Assembly (NCBI RefSeq): GCF_006345805.1
Contig: NC_042997.1
Coordinates: forward strand, 95,232,001-95,296,000
DNA length: 64,000 nt
Origin: Octopus sinensis
Lineage: Eukaryota
Direction: 5' to 3'
Numbering within the stretch: position 1 is the stretch's first letter; each line of letters starts with the position of its first letter. Below are positions 26,761 to 39,667 of the stretch, piece after piece. The notes under the pieces were generated by a model. That model worked only from the letters and a program-made list of their open reading frames with translations. It had not been told where the DNA came from and searched no databases. Position numbers and translations under genes: made by a program.

Positions 26761-27792
26761 TAATCATTTAATGATACGTCACTTGCTCAGTTTCCGAAAT
26801 ATTTTGAAAGATATTTCATAAAGTTCCACAAAATTTGACCAGAGAATTGCATTCATATGGTCATCAGTCAATCTCGTTTGATGTGTTCACATTTTTAAAA
26901 ATGTTTACACACACACATAAGTTGTTCCAACTTTTGCCATACAAGAGGCAAATGAACTCTCATTGTAGGAAGTTACACAAAAGGCACAGCGCGGCGGCGA
27001 GCCAGATGAACTGACTTCGCAGGCTGTAGTTTGATGACTTCTGGTATAAATCAAAAGCACTTGCATGTGAACGATCGTTAACAAAAATATCCATCTTCAT
27101 TTCCCATACTAAATAAATATTGATTTAAGCATATATTGTCTACCTAATTTCAATAAAGTTAATTCCTATCTATTCTTAAATATATACACATGATCTTGTT
27201 TACCAAATGTTCGCAATTCTTTTTTTTTCCACAAATGCCTCTCGTCCTCCTCATTTCTTTTCCCCATAATCCTTAAAATCTAATCATGCATTTGAAATGC
27301 ATTAAAATTCATTATTAACTCACTCATACACTGCAACCCCTAATCTCCACCCCCATTGAAGATGAATCTAAAAATAAATGAAAAGCACTTGAAACTCAAA
27401 GAAACATTTACTATTTGGTGAAGGCAACCAAGAAGAAATCTTGTGATCATTATCAATAATTTTCTTCTAAAAGTACAGTAAATGTAATACTCTTATTAAT
27501 TGATACTTAAATTAAAATTTAATCGTCTTTTATGTATAACTATACGTAAAAGAAACATTTGTGTATGTATTTATTAATGCATATATGTATCTACTTGTGT
27601 ATGTATGAATGTATGCATGTATGTATGTATGTAAGTGTGTGTGTATGTATGTATATGTGTATTTATTTACATATATATATATATACATGCATACACACAC
27701 ACATATATATATAATATATATATATTATATATATATATATATATACATACATATATATATATTATACATACATATATATATATATAATGCTA

Positions 27793-27896
27793 ACTAGATG
27801 TGGCGGTTCTATAGAAGACGATGCTACTGTTGCTTTTAGCTCCCTTGGACTAAAAACAACTGTAGCATCGTTCTCTATGGGGCCGACACATCTAGT
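27793..27896. repeat. 104-bp near-perfect palindrome (foldback)
   Basis: actagatgtggcggttctatagaagacgatgctactgttgcttttag pairs with ctaaaaacaactgtagcatcgttctctatggggccgacacatctagt across a loop of about 10 nt. Confidence 0.85.
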
Positions 27897-28502
27897 CGGC
27901 AAGTTCGCAATTATATTTTACGATTCTGTACTGCTGCTGTTTACTTCTCGCTCAGAGATTTAATATTGTATGTATATATGTATGTATATATCTATATATC
28001 TATATCTATATCTTCTTTTCCCTATATTGTGTCGGATTTGAAAAGGTGTGACGTCCGTATTCCTCTTTACAATATGACGTAAATATCCATCTACCAACGA
28101 TCTACCCTCAAGAGTTTGTTTGACACACTGGCGGCAAAGCTGTCTGTTGAGCGTATGAGTATTATTAAGCTCCAGGTATCTTGTTTCTTTCTACTTACCA
28201 TCACTTCATCGTACAGTTGTGCATCAACGGTATATAGTGGGAAACCACAGGACAGCGTACAAAATGCAACAAGTGGTTTTGTATGCGGGGTGCATTTCTT
28301 TATAAACTTTAATCATATTTCTCATTGAAACTGGGTTCATAATTTTGTGTGACGTAACCATCATTCAGTAAGTGAATCATTGTTTTAGGAGCTGATGTAA
28401 AGCTGCTATAGGGTTACAAGCAAAATTTGCATTACAATATGTTGGTGTATTGTGGTATTGTGTCTATCTGCTGGATTCTTATATTCTTTTATTCGTTTTC
28501 TT

Positions 28503-28890
28503 TTATTCTTTTACTTGCTTCAATCATTTGACTGCGGCCATGCTAAAGCAACGCTTTTAGTCGAACAAATCGACCCCAGGACGTATTCTTCGTAAGCCTA
28601 TTACTTATTCTATCGGTCACTTTTGCCAAACTGTTAAGTTACGTGGACGTAAACACAACAACATCAGTTGTCAAATGATAGTGGGGGAAGCACACACATA
28701 TTTTTTACGAACACATATATTATATACGACTGGTTTCTTTTTAGTTTTCGTTTACCAAATCCACTCACAAGGCTTTGGTTATCTCGATGCTATAGTAGAA
28801 GACACTTGCCTAAGTTGCCACGCAGTGGGACTGAAACCGGAATCGTGTGGTTGGTGAGCGAGTTGATTACCATACAGCCACGCCTGCGCC
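28503..28890 (-). mobile_element. SINE family A, diverged
   Basis: Collinear with the other family A copies. Confidence 0.9.
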
Positions 28891-30284
28891 TATATACACG
28901 ATTCACTTACATTTTTGTTCATGTGTAAAGATGCTTGGATATTTTGTCAGCCATCGTGTTACAGGACTACGTCTTGTATCAGTGTCAGAGTTTCGGCATA
29001 GTTATAATAACCGGATGCACTTTCTAACGGCAAACACGTTATATAGTGCAATAAGCATTTTCACCATATATTAGCCATAATGAGGTAATTTTCTAACTAG
29101 TAAGCCTGAAGTACCTACCTACTCGACTGAGAGGGAGAGAGAAATATCCAAAATATATTTGTGTTTGTTTCATATTTTTGTCTAGCAGTTATATTTAAAA
29201 GAACTAAACCTTGATTGTTGGTGCTTGTTAACGACTCACTCCACTGTCAAATATTTGACGCCCTCCAAACCTGCAAGCTTATATGTATCAAGATGCATTC
29301 CTCATACCACGGATGGTTAAATTTTTAGACAACTTCATGGAAAAATAAATGGCCAAGATAATTTATTTGAGACAATTATATAAGCAAATCTATCGAACAC
29401 AAAATCGAATGATGCGATTATGAACTGTGTGAACTGAGCTGAGAAGAAGTTATAAGACAGTCTAGACGTTTACTTCCGTGTTAAGCTTTTGAAAAAGCAA
29501 TATTATCTAAAATATTTCTTCGTAATATGTCATAAGTAATCAATTAATATTTTGCTGTTATTTATAGTTTTCTAGTTGCAATAGTCGTGCTGGGGGTTTA
29601 TCGTAGAATACACCATTGCGGTGACTTTGTTATGACATTCTTACCTATATGCATTATGTTTTTTTATTATTTATTTTCATATATCTAGATTTGTTAATTA
29701 TTGCTCTAGAGTTTCTGTAAGCTCCCATCACACACAGGAATAGGAAAGGCGCTCCGATAGAAACAATTCAGTCTATTTGCACACACTGTCTAAGACTTGT
29801 TATCAAAGACAGAAGAGTGTTGTGCTTGAGAAAAAATTTGCTGATTATATCCTGTTCATAGTGCCAACACAGGCACTGTTTTAAGATTTGTTTTGATGCA
29901 GCACAAGAATTAATATTGGAGTGTTCAAAGACTTAAGTAATGCTAAAGCGAATATTTCATTTAATGTGTCTATACCATTTTGCTAGTTATTCCCTTCATT
30001 ACACGGAGGTGAATGACACGCAAATCGAAATCCTAACTAGAACTATTGAAATGGAGTAAACTCTGTTACACGCTTACAATGGCTAAGAGGTAAACTTATG
30101 AACACCACAAATAAAGGAGGTTTGTTTGGGGGTATATTTATTTAAAAATAGGTGCTTATTCACACACACACACACACATATATATACATACACAGAGAGA
30201 CAGCGTTACACACACGCACACAAACACACACAAACACACATACATGTATATGTATATATTTGATATAAATTTACACACACACAG

Positions 30285-30724
30285 AGGCGCAGGCTTGGCT
30301 AAGTGGTAAGACGTTTGCCTCCCACCCACAAGGTTCCGGGTTCAGGCCCATCTCGTGGCACGCTGAGCGAGTGTTCTCTACTACATACTCAGGCCGACCG
30401 AACTATTACACACATACATATACATGCATATACATACACACACAAGTGTGTGTGCGTGTGACATATGTGTGTGTTTATAAATATATATATATATGTGTGT
30501 GTGTGTATTTGTGTCTGTGTTTGTTCCCAACATCACCTTTTGACAACCGGTATTGATATGTTTACGTCCTCGTAACGTAGTGGTTCAACAAAAGAGACCG
30601 ATAGAATAAGTACTAGGCTCAAAAATAAGTCCTGGGCTCGATTTCTTCGACGAAAAGACTTCAAAGAGGAGCGCCAGTATAGCTGCAGTCACATGACTGA
30701 AACAAGTAAAAGAATAAAAGAATA
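30285..30724 (+). mobile_element. SINE family A, diverged
   Basis: Head ggcgcaggcttggctaagtggtaag, B-box-like ggttccgggttcaggccc, tail gactgaaacaagtaaaagaataaaagaata. Confidence 0.9.
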
Positions 30725-31049
30725 TATTTATGTGTGTGTGACGTGTCCTATATAGTTCAGTGATATTAACATATTTATATGAGACTAGCGTTGTAGTTTT
30801 ATCAATCGTGCGTACTTACATTTACAATTTTAGATAAGAAACAAGTAGACTTGAAAATACACCTAAAATAGATCATTAGAATAAGTACAAAATTTAAGCA
30901 ACAGGATTTTAAAATAATTAAAGAGGGTATTTTTGAAGAAACTCTTCAATTCTCGAAATATATATACACTGATACATGCTAATACCTATTGCTTACACAC
31001 ACATACACACGTTGTTGTTGTTATTATTATTATTATTATTGTTATTATT

Positions 31050-34000
31050 CAGTAGTTTTATTTTTATAGCGTGCTTTCACTTCACTACCGAGCGCAGCTC
31101 TGTGTGCCTTGGGTATGTGCTGTGATTTGTTGTGATGCTCTGATGGTTATTGTATGGAAAGTGTTCTGCGTAGGATGTGTGCAGTGCCTAGTAGTGCAAT
31201 TTTCTGTATGTTATATGTGTTTGTAAGTCCTGGTGTTTTTGTTATGTATTTGTCTGAATATTTTTTTATCATGCCTAATGCACCTACTATGATAGGAATT
31301 GTTTCTGTTTTCAGATTCCACATTCTAGTTACCTCTATTTCCAGGTCTTTGTATTTTGAGAGTTTCTCCATTTCTTTTAGAGACACGTTGTCATCTGCCG
31401 GTATTGATACATCAATTAGAAAGCATTTTTTTTCTTCATGATCTCTGACAACTATATCTGGTCTGTTGGCTTTAATTTCTCTATCTGTGTGTATCGGCAT
31501 ATCCCAGAGTATGGTTCTTCTTTCTCGTTTTCTGTGACCTTTTCTGGTGTGTTCCTATACCATCTTTTTTCTGTTGTTATTCCATAATGTTGGCATAGCT
31601 TCCAATGTATGTAGGTTCCAACTCTGTCATGTCTGTGAATATATTCCTTCTTAGCCAGGACTGGGCAGCTAGAGATAATATGATTTATTGTTTCTTGTCC
31701 ATCTCCACATATTCTGCAGTTACTTGTAATATTTCTTTTCATTACATGTTTTTTGGTAATTTCTGGTCGGGAGGCTTTGGTCTTGTGCTGCAATTAAAAA
31801 TCCTCTGTTTCTTCTGCTTTGAGTCCTGAGCTTCTCAACCATTGCTGGGATTTTTCTTTGTCTATTTCTTTTGCGTTTAGTTTAGTGCAGTATTTACCAT
31901 GAAGGGGCTTTTCTTGCCATCGTTTTATCATGGTTCGTTGCTGTTCTATTTTTAGTTTGGATTTCATTTGTTTTATAGCTTTTGTTGTTTCTTCTTCTCT
32001 TCTTCTTCTTCTTCATGTTTATTAGGTGGTATGATTTCTTGTTTGTATTTGTCAGCTTCCTTAAATACTGAGAACAGTTTTTTTTTTTTGCTCGTGTTTT
32101 GCCGCTATCTGGATCAGTTTTCCTTCTTCTGAAGTAGATATTTTTGCAGTCCTATGGTGGTTATTTTATAGTAGTTTTCCAGCTGTATAAGGCCTCTACC
32201 ACCTTCTATACGTTGTATATATAGTCTTTCTATGTCAGATTTTGGGTGATGCATCCTAGATCCTGTCATTATTTTTCTTGTTTTCCTATCTATTTTGGTC
32301 AGTTCATTTCGTGTCCAGTTAAGGATATTGTAGCTGTAACTTATAACTGGAACAACTAAAGTGTTGATACCTATTATCTTGTTTTTAGCATTGAGCTCTG
32401 TTTTTAGTATTGATCTAACTCGTCTATAATATTCTTTTTTTATTTTCTCTTTCATTTGTGTGTGTTGTGTCTTATCTAGTTCATGGATTCCTAAGTATTT
32501 GTAAGTTTGGCTTTGGTCTAATTCTTTTATTTCATTGGTTTTATCTAGTGTGATTTTGTTACTCTTAACTAGTTTTCCTCTTTTCATGGTTACTTTGGCG
32601 CATTTTTCTAATCCAAATTTCATATCTATTTCTTTGGTAAATCCATGAACTGTCTTTAATAGTGTTTCCAGCTGTTTGTCATTTGCAGCGTATAGTTTTA
32701 GGTCATCCATATATAAAAGGTGGCTGATCGTTTTGCCGTAACATTTATATCCGCATCCAGTTCTATTTAGTATATCAGATAGAGGTGACAGTGCCAAGCA
32801 GAAAAGGAGTGGAGAGAGCGTATCTCCCTGGAATATTCCTCTTCTAATGGGGATGTCTTTGGTTTTCATGAGTCCCTCTTTTGTTTGGAGGTGTAGGACT
32901 GTTTGCCATTTATTCATAGAGCGCTCTATGAATTTTATGATTGTTGGTGCTACTTTGTTAATGGCTAGTGTTTCGAGGATCCATGTGGGGGATGCTATCA
33001 AACGCCTTTTTGTAGTCAATCCATGCCATACTGAGGCCTTTCTTCTTTCTGTGGCTGTCTTCAGTTATGGCTTTGTTAATAATTAGTTGATCATTACAGC
33101 CATATGAGCCTTTGCGTCATCCTTTCTGCTCTTCTGGAAACAGGTTGCTTTCGTCCAGGTGCTTGTTCAACCTTTGCGATATCACTGCAGTAAATGCCTT
33201 GTATATTGTAGGGAGACAGGTTATTGGTCTGTAGTTTTCTGGTTTTGCTGTCTCATTTGATTTGGGAATTAAGATGGTTTTCCCCTTCGTGAGCCATTCA
33301 GGCATTGTCTCTGGCTCTGCTAGCATGCTGTTAAAGTTTTCAGCCAGCTTTTTGTGCATTCCTGTTAGGTATTTCAACCAGAAGTTGGGGATCTTGTCAT
33401 GACCAGGTGCCTTCCAGTTGCTTAGTCTTTGCAGTGCCTGGGTGACCTCTTCAGTTGTTATGGGGGTCCAAAGTTGTTCAGCTGCCGAGTTTGTTATTTT
33501 GATACTCCTTTTTTTTGGCTGTTCGTTCGCCGACCATATTTCTCTCCAGAATTCTTCCAATTCTTCTGCCGTTGGTGCTGCAGTGACTTCTATTTTATTT
33601 TTGCCCAGTTCTTGGTAGAACTTTTTGGGGTTGGAGTTGAACTTTTTGTTTTGTTCAAAGAAGCATTGGCGTTTCTCGTACCGGCGGATCCTTTGTGCTT
33701 TGGCAAGGATATCTTGCTTCAGCTTTTCTTTTATCTCAGGCAAACCTTTCTCTGTGATGTTATATTTGCGGAGTATTTTTGTTCTCTTTTTGTTGCTCAG
33801 TAGCGTTGATTGTTTGCTGATTTCATTAAGAATCGACAGGTCTTTTCTAATTTTTTAAATTTTGTTTTGGATGTTATTTATCCACAGGGTTTGTTTGGGT
33901 GGTGGTACTCCTGTTTGGGCGGGTTTGGGTGAGTATCCAGCTTCTTTTGTGGCTGCAGTTGCTGCCGCGTATATTAAGTCATTTAGCTTAGTAATATCAC

Positions 34001-35016
34001 TTTTTTTTTGTTTCAGTGGCTATTAGTTCAGTGACGGCTAGGTTTATGCTGTTTATAATTGGTGTTGTTATTTCGTTTATTTTGATTCTTGGGAGGTATG
34101 GTCGGTGGTCCATTTTGAGCTCTGTGGTTTTCAGTTCTTTGATTATTTTATTTTTTATATTATCATAATCATTAGGCTCCCCTTCGTTGTTTACATCGTG
34201 TTCGTTGGGAATGTTGCGTTTGTCTTCGTGTTTTACAGTTTCAGTGTTTATATTATTGGGCATTGTTGTGTGGCTTCTATCTACATTTTCCTGGTGTATT
34301 TTTTCTTTTAGATGTTCTATTTCTATTTCTGATATTCTTTGTGTTGAGAATGTATCTTCGTACGTTAGCTAATTTATTAGGGTTCATTGCTGTATCCAAG
34401 TCTATATCTCTATTATTTTCCTTCCATATTTTATATGTATGTGTTGTATTTTCATTTTGTGGGTGAGCACTGCTGTGAAGTATGCGTGTAAGATAGAAAT
34501 GTATTCCTCACGTGTCCATTTACGTCTTTTGGGTTTTATTTGCGGGACATGAGGTACAACGTCCGGCCTATTATTTTGACGGTCGTCATTTTCGTTGGGT
34601 ACCGGTCCGTTTATTTCTGTTGTCACATTATTTCGCACGTGTAGTTTTTCGTACATTTTTTGTTGTAAGTTTAATGTACGTACCGCTCGATTGTTATTCT
34701 TGGGTTGAATAGTATCGGTGGCATTTAATTTCTTCGTAGTTCCATTGTACATGGTGTTTGGGGTCGGGGATGATCGTGATGTTCCACGCATGTTTACATG
34801 TGTTGTGTTAGAGGTGGAGATGATATCGAGTCAAAATACATCATTTCGTTTCGAAAATAGTAATAAATTTCAATTAGTATTACTTACTCGGATACAGTCC
34901 AATTCTTTGTTAGTAAAACTTTGGCTCCATAGGATGTCTTTGTTTTTGATGTTTGTGGATAGATTTCGGAGCTCTGTATTTTCCTTCTTACATTTTAAAC
35001 GTCCCCCGGTGTTCTC
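31050..35016 (-). mobile_element. Full-length R4/Dong-clade non-LTR retrotransposon (RT plus restriction-like endonuclease), disabled
   Basis: One ORF broken into track pieces 34402-34791, 33997-34263, 33117-33743, 32114-33019, 31452-31793, 31147-31500. Motifs KRRKWTREE, WKAPGHD, NYRPITCL, AWIDYKKAFDS, RGIFQGDTLSPLLF, LLYMDD, YKYLG, CRICGDGQETINHIISSC (CCHC) and NRPDIV..D..LID..EKLSKY (PD-D/ExK). (TAA)n on both sides. Confidence 0.95.
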
Positions 35017-35070
<54 letters not shown>

Positions 35071-35087
35071 TATTATTATTATTATTA

Positions 35088-35535
35088 TATGTTTGGCTTT
35101 TGCTCTGTATTTACACAAGTCGACTCCAATTCATCTAGTTAGGAGTTGGTATTAATAGTAGGGTGCTAAATCTTTTGGTGTTGCACAAAGTATTGTTCTA
35201 GAGAATGTCCTTCAAAATGCAAGAAAATTAGAAGTTTGTTTTAAAAGTAATTTAGTGATAAGCTGATAGTATGATCTTAAGATGGCAGTAAATGGTGTCT
35301 GTTATTGTGTTCATTTAAATGTACTTCTGACAATATCTACAAGTTAAAATGCTTTTAGAATTACATAGACAATAGACAGGAGTGGGGGTGTGGTAAGAAG
35401 TTTGCTTCCCAACCATATGGTTTCGGGTTCAGCCCCACTGAGTGGCACTTTGGGCAAATCTCTACTGTTATAACATAGGGCTGACCTAAGCCTTGTGAGT
35501 GGACTTGGTAGACGGAAGCTGAAAGAAGCCCATCG

Positions 35536-35599
<64 letters not shown>

Positions 35600-36795
35600 T
35601 CATATATATATATTCATATGTGTGATGTTGTGTCTGTGTTTGTCCCCCCGCCGCCGCTTGACAACCAACGTGGTATGTTTATGTCCCTGTAACTTAACGG
35701 TTCGGCAAAAGCTGATTGAATAAGTACCAAGCTTACAAAGAATAAGTCTGGGGTCGATTTCTTCGACTAAAAGGCGGTGCTCCAACGTTGTCGCAGTCAG
35801 ATGACTGAAACAAGAAAAAGAGTTCCCACGAGCGCTATTTTAAAAATTCCTTCCATTTCTGGATTTCCTGGTATCTGAGATAGGGAACAAACAGCCCCTT
35901 TTGTAATCATTCCTAGCACACCAATGACAGCAGGTATCAGTTAACTCTTGGGGTTCCACATTTCGCCAATTTCTATTTCGAGGTCTTTATAGTTGCTCTT
36001 TTTTTGGAGAGCCTTCACACATACATTTATGACGATTGAGACAATAAAAATCGCTGAGGAGGCATGACATTTGTTTGAAATGTTTCAATATAACGTCTGG
36101 CCTATTTTCATGTATATTTCTATCTGTTTGAACAGTAAAATCACAAAGGAGTGGAATGTGATGATATTCAAGCACTGGAGGTGGTTTGTATTCCCACAAT
36201 TTTTTGTCATGGGACTGGTCCAGGTCTTTGTAAGTTACCCAGTCTATTGACTGCGTCGCTTTTCGTGCCTGTTGAGATAGCCTGTAGGCGCAAAAACGCT
36301 ACACATGGAGACAGCATGATCGATATTTTCCGTCTGCTGTTTACATACACGAGATGTTGAGCTACTCCAGTTCGCTAAAATGTTAGCCTGGTAGGAAGGG
36401 ATTGATCTTGGACTGCTATGATAAAGTTTTCTGTCTCTGATTTTAAGCTAGAAAACGCTAACCATTGATGGGTAAAGGCTCTGTCACGATCGACACCATT
36501 AACTCTGTTTTGGTATTAAACAGAGAAAGGTTTTTCTTGACATTTATCAGTAAAAATATATATAAAGGTGTAACTTTAGCAAGGATTTTCATGCGCTTAG
36601 CTTTTCCTGCTTTTCCAGCACGTCTAATTCTGGAATTTATCAGTAAAAATATCTAAAGCTGCAATTGTTGCAAGGATTTTCATACGTTTAGCTTTTTCTA
36701 TATTTCCAGTACGTCTAATTCGGGGATTTGCCGTATTTGAAGTTCACTTAAATATTTCCTTGCCTGTTTTGTTATTGAGTATGATGTTATTAATG
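35088..36795 (-). mobile_element. Second, older 5'-truncated R4/Dong-like element
   Basis: SYSITKQARKYL...HQWL..SSLKSETENFIIAVQDQSLPTR...ENIDHAVSMC...DFTVQTDRNIHENRPDVI...KIALVGT, then a 3' UTR running into the (TAA)n at 35017-35087; interrupted by a SINE at 35375-35821. Confidence 0.85.
35375..35821 (+). mobile_element. SINE family A nested in the Dong-like element
   Basis: Family A head, body and tail inserted at the end of the host ORF, antisense to it. Confidence 0.9.
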
Positions 36796-36975
36796 TTGTT
36801 GTTGTTGTTGTTGTTATTATTATTATTATTATTATCATTGTTGTTATTATTATTATCCTCCTCCTCCTCCCCCTCCTCCTCCTCCTCCTCCTCCTCCTCA
36901 TCATCATCATCATTATCATCATCATTATTATTATTATTATTATTGTTGTTGTCATTATTATTATTATTATTACTA
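36790..36975. repeat. Compound (TTG)n/(TTA)n/(CCT)n/(CAT)n microsatellite
   Basis: Direct inspection. Confidence 0.95.
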
Positions 36976-37667
36976 TTGCTAGCTTTTATTTCTGTCTAAA
37001 TTTAGTTTATCGACGTTGAGTGATTTCATTGAATAATCATATATGATATCCTTTTATTTTGTCTTCTGTATGGATAGGGTTTCCTGATGTTCAGTTTTAT
37101 TGCATTTAGAATAACTATATTTTAAATCATTTCATCGTAAGAATTTGGGCTAGTAGGCTGGATTTTGTGGAACATCCTTCATTCTATCGTAGAAGCAGTC
37201 GAGCATTACTCCAGCTCTTTACATTCTTTTCCGTATTATGCATATAAGGCTCCTGAATACAATCTTCTGTCGAGAACTCTTTTAACTTTGTTTTGATGCT
37301 AAACGTACGTTAGTTGGTGTAGTTGTACTACTATGGTTATTTTTATTTATTGGCATGCATTTGCAATTGCTGGTTTGATGTTACTTTTCTTCAACTCCAT
37401 TTGTAGTTCAGTGATATGGGAGCAAGCTGTTAATGTGTGTTACCTCTATGCTATAAATTTAAGAGTATTGTGTGTGCAAAGATTTTAGGGGAATTTCAGA
37501 GTGATTTGAGAGTTTAATTATGAAACTAACCAACAGTGATTGCATTGTAAAAGTGGTTGCAGGATTTCCGTGAGGCCTTTAGAAACATTTTCCATTTCAA
37601 TGGAAACTATTTGCATAGATTTATGCGTGTGATTTAAATATGTATAATATGATTTAAATATGTATAA

Positions 37668-37895
37668 GGCGGCGAGCTGGCAGAAACGCTAGCACGCCGG
37701 GCGAAATACTTTGTACTATTTCGTCCGCCGCTGCGTTCTAAGTTCAAATTCCGCCGAGGTCGACTTTGCCTTTTATCCTTTCGGGGTCGATAAATTAAGT
37801 ACCACTTACACACTGGGGTCGATGTAATCTACTTAATCTTTTTGTCTGTCCTTGTTTCTCCCCTCTATGTTTAGCCGCTAGTGGGCAATAAAAAA
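37668..37895 (+). mobile_element. SINE family B, near full length
   Basis: ggcggcgagctggcagaaacgctagcacgccgggcgaaat head, B-box-like agttcaaattcc, A-rich end. Confidence 0.9.
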
Positions 37896-38254
37896 AAGTT
37901 ACAGATGTATTTCAAGTTGATTGGTTGCTATGCCAATATAGGATATTCATATTTCTATGTCCATGTATCTATCTATCTATATATATATATATATATCTAC
38001 CTAACTTTCTGCCTGTCTATTTTATGTCTATCTATCTATCTATCAAACTATTTCTGTCTCCCTCCCTCAATATATACACCAATATATTCATTTGTACATA
38101 GACATTGGTGATCATACATGCAAACTTTTTTCTACAGGAGACTGTAGTCTATGTTTAATAAAATGATGTTTCATTTCTGAGTTCCCTTTGATTATTACTT
38201 GCATAAAATGCCTCAGTTATGCATCGCAACTTCTCTTCGAATCCTCTATCGTCG

Positions 38255-38385
38255 GATTACCCAATTACAGATGAATAGACAGGGGCAACATGAAGTAAAG
38301 GCAACTCTCCGCCAGGTTGAGAATCGCAACCAATATATTGCGATCGTGAGTGCAACACCTTAACATCTCGGTCACACGCCTCCAC
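38255..38385 (-). mobile_element. SINE family C fragment (tRNA head, CORE-like)
   Basis: Minus strand gtggaggcgtgtgacc...gttgcactcacgatcgc...tttacttcatgttgcc, related to the copy at 44450. Confidence 0.55.
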
Positions 38386-39079
38386 AAACACTTACATAGT
38401 TATATGTATACTATACATTTGAGATTCCTCAAATTCTAGCAGCTCAACTAACAAAGATGAATTGTTTATAGAGATCAAATGTTTGTGCTGGACATAAACT
38501 CACTCTCTCCATTAAATCGCTGTTGTCTGTGCAGGTGCACGGTGTACAATATGTCAGTTGTCGAAGACATTGCAGTGCGACATGGGATGTAGGGATTTGC
38601 TTAAAAATACAAGCATCTCCCGGTACATGAATCTAGCACCTCACCACTATATACGTATGTGATATGTATGTGTGGGTTTGTGTAGGTACACCTAAATGTA
38701 ATGATGATTAAATGTATTAGGTTTAGATGTCGTTGCGTTTACATGTATCACCGTGGACGTCTTTAAAACTGCTTATACTTTCACACTTTACGGTCTCTTA
38801 ATTTTAGTTAAAACTGCACTGAGTTTACTATTAGAGGTTTTCAACCCCTGTAGCATAGCAATATAAATAAAGGACTAAGATATTATCTGTACATCTAGCT
38901 GGACATGCTGGTCATTATTGTTATTTTTCTCCTTTTGTTTTGCTATCATTTCTTCCTATTACCCTCGCCTTGTAATTCTTCTCGTTCGTCATTCCACTTT
39001 TTCGTTTTCTCTGGCCTTTCTTTCGAACATGCAAGAGTTAAATAATTTTAAAAAGAAATTGTTTATGCTATGTTTTGTT

Positions 39080-39600
39080 ATATGTTTTATCAGTTTTATC
39101 ATGCCGGGGCCCCGCCGTTTTGCTATACTTTTATTACTGAGAGTCTCCTCTGATATGTGGCATTTATATAAGAAAGTTTGATGTCGCTACCCTCATTTGC
39201 GCCTCCTGCCGGCAGGTTGGTTCATCTGGGACTCTCGTTAGGAAGAGATCCAGTTTTGATTTGAAAACACCGACATCCACTTTTTGTAGGTTCCTCAGGC
39301 TCTTTGGGAGAATATTAAAAACCTGTGAGCTCTTGAAACGGAGGCTGTTACAGTAACTGTTCCCGAAGCGCGACGGTACTTAATGGGACATTTAGCACTG
39401 TGCTGTGGCGATCCGATTTGGAATGTGTGTAGTATACTTTACTGCACATCTCTCTCACCTTCGCTCCATGGTGTAGAGTCATAGCTGCTTCAGCCTTACC
39501 CAGTAGCTGAGCTGTCACAAATAAACGATCTTCTTTGTGAAGCTTCACCGAATTTCTTCGAGTTCTGCTGCATGTTTATAATATATTTGATGATATGACT
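39080..39600 (-). mobile_element. CR1/L2-group LINE 3' fragment
   Basis: Minus-strand reading across frameshifts: RYCNSLRFKSSQVFNILPKSLRNLQKVDVGVFKSKLDLFLTRVPDEPT, matching the LFN.LP / FK..LD..L C-terminal signature; 3' UTR ends aaacggcggggccccggcatg. Confidence 0.85.
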
Positions 39601-39667
39601 TTATTCATGTATAATTATATAGAATCTAGTGTAGAAATCTTTCACTGTTGTATTAATTTTGTGGAAT

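Noticed and set aside
26985-27050. hAT-like terminal motif (cgcaggctgtagtttgatgacttctg)
   Set aside because: No matching opposite end or TSD; too short to call.
29708-29870. SFCKLPSHTGIGKA...HTLSKTC, faintly Kunitz-like
   Set aside because: Needs a frameshift, lacks the YGGC motif and most cysteines; probably chance.
34790-35016. Search for an HDV-like or hammerhead ribozyme at the Dong 5' end
   Set aside because: A cgaaac and an AT-rich hairpin are present, but I could not build a CUGANGA core or a nested double pseudoknot by eye.
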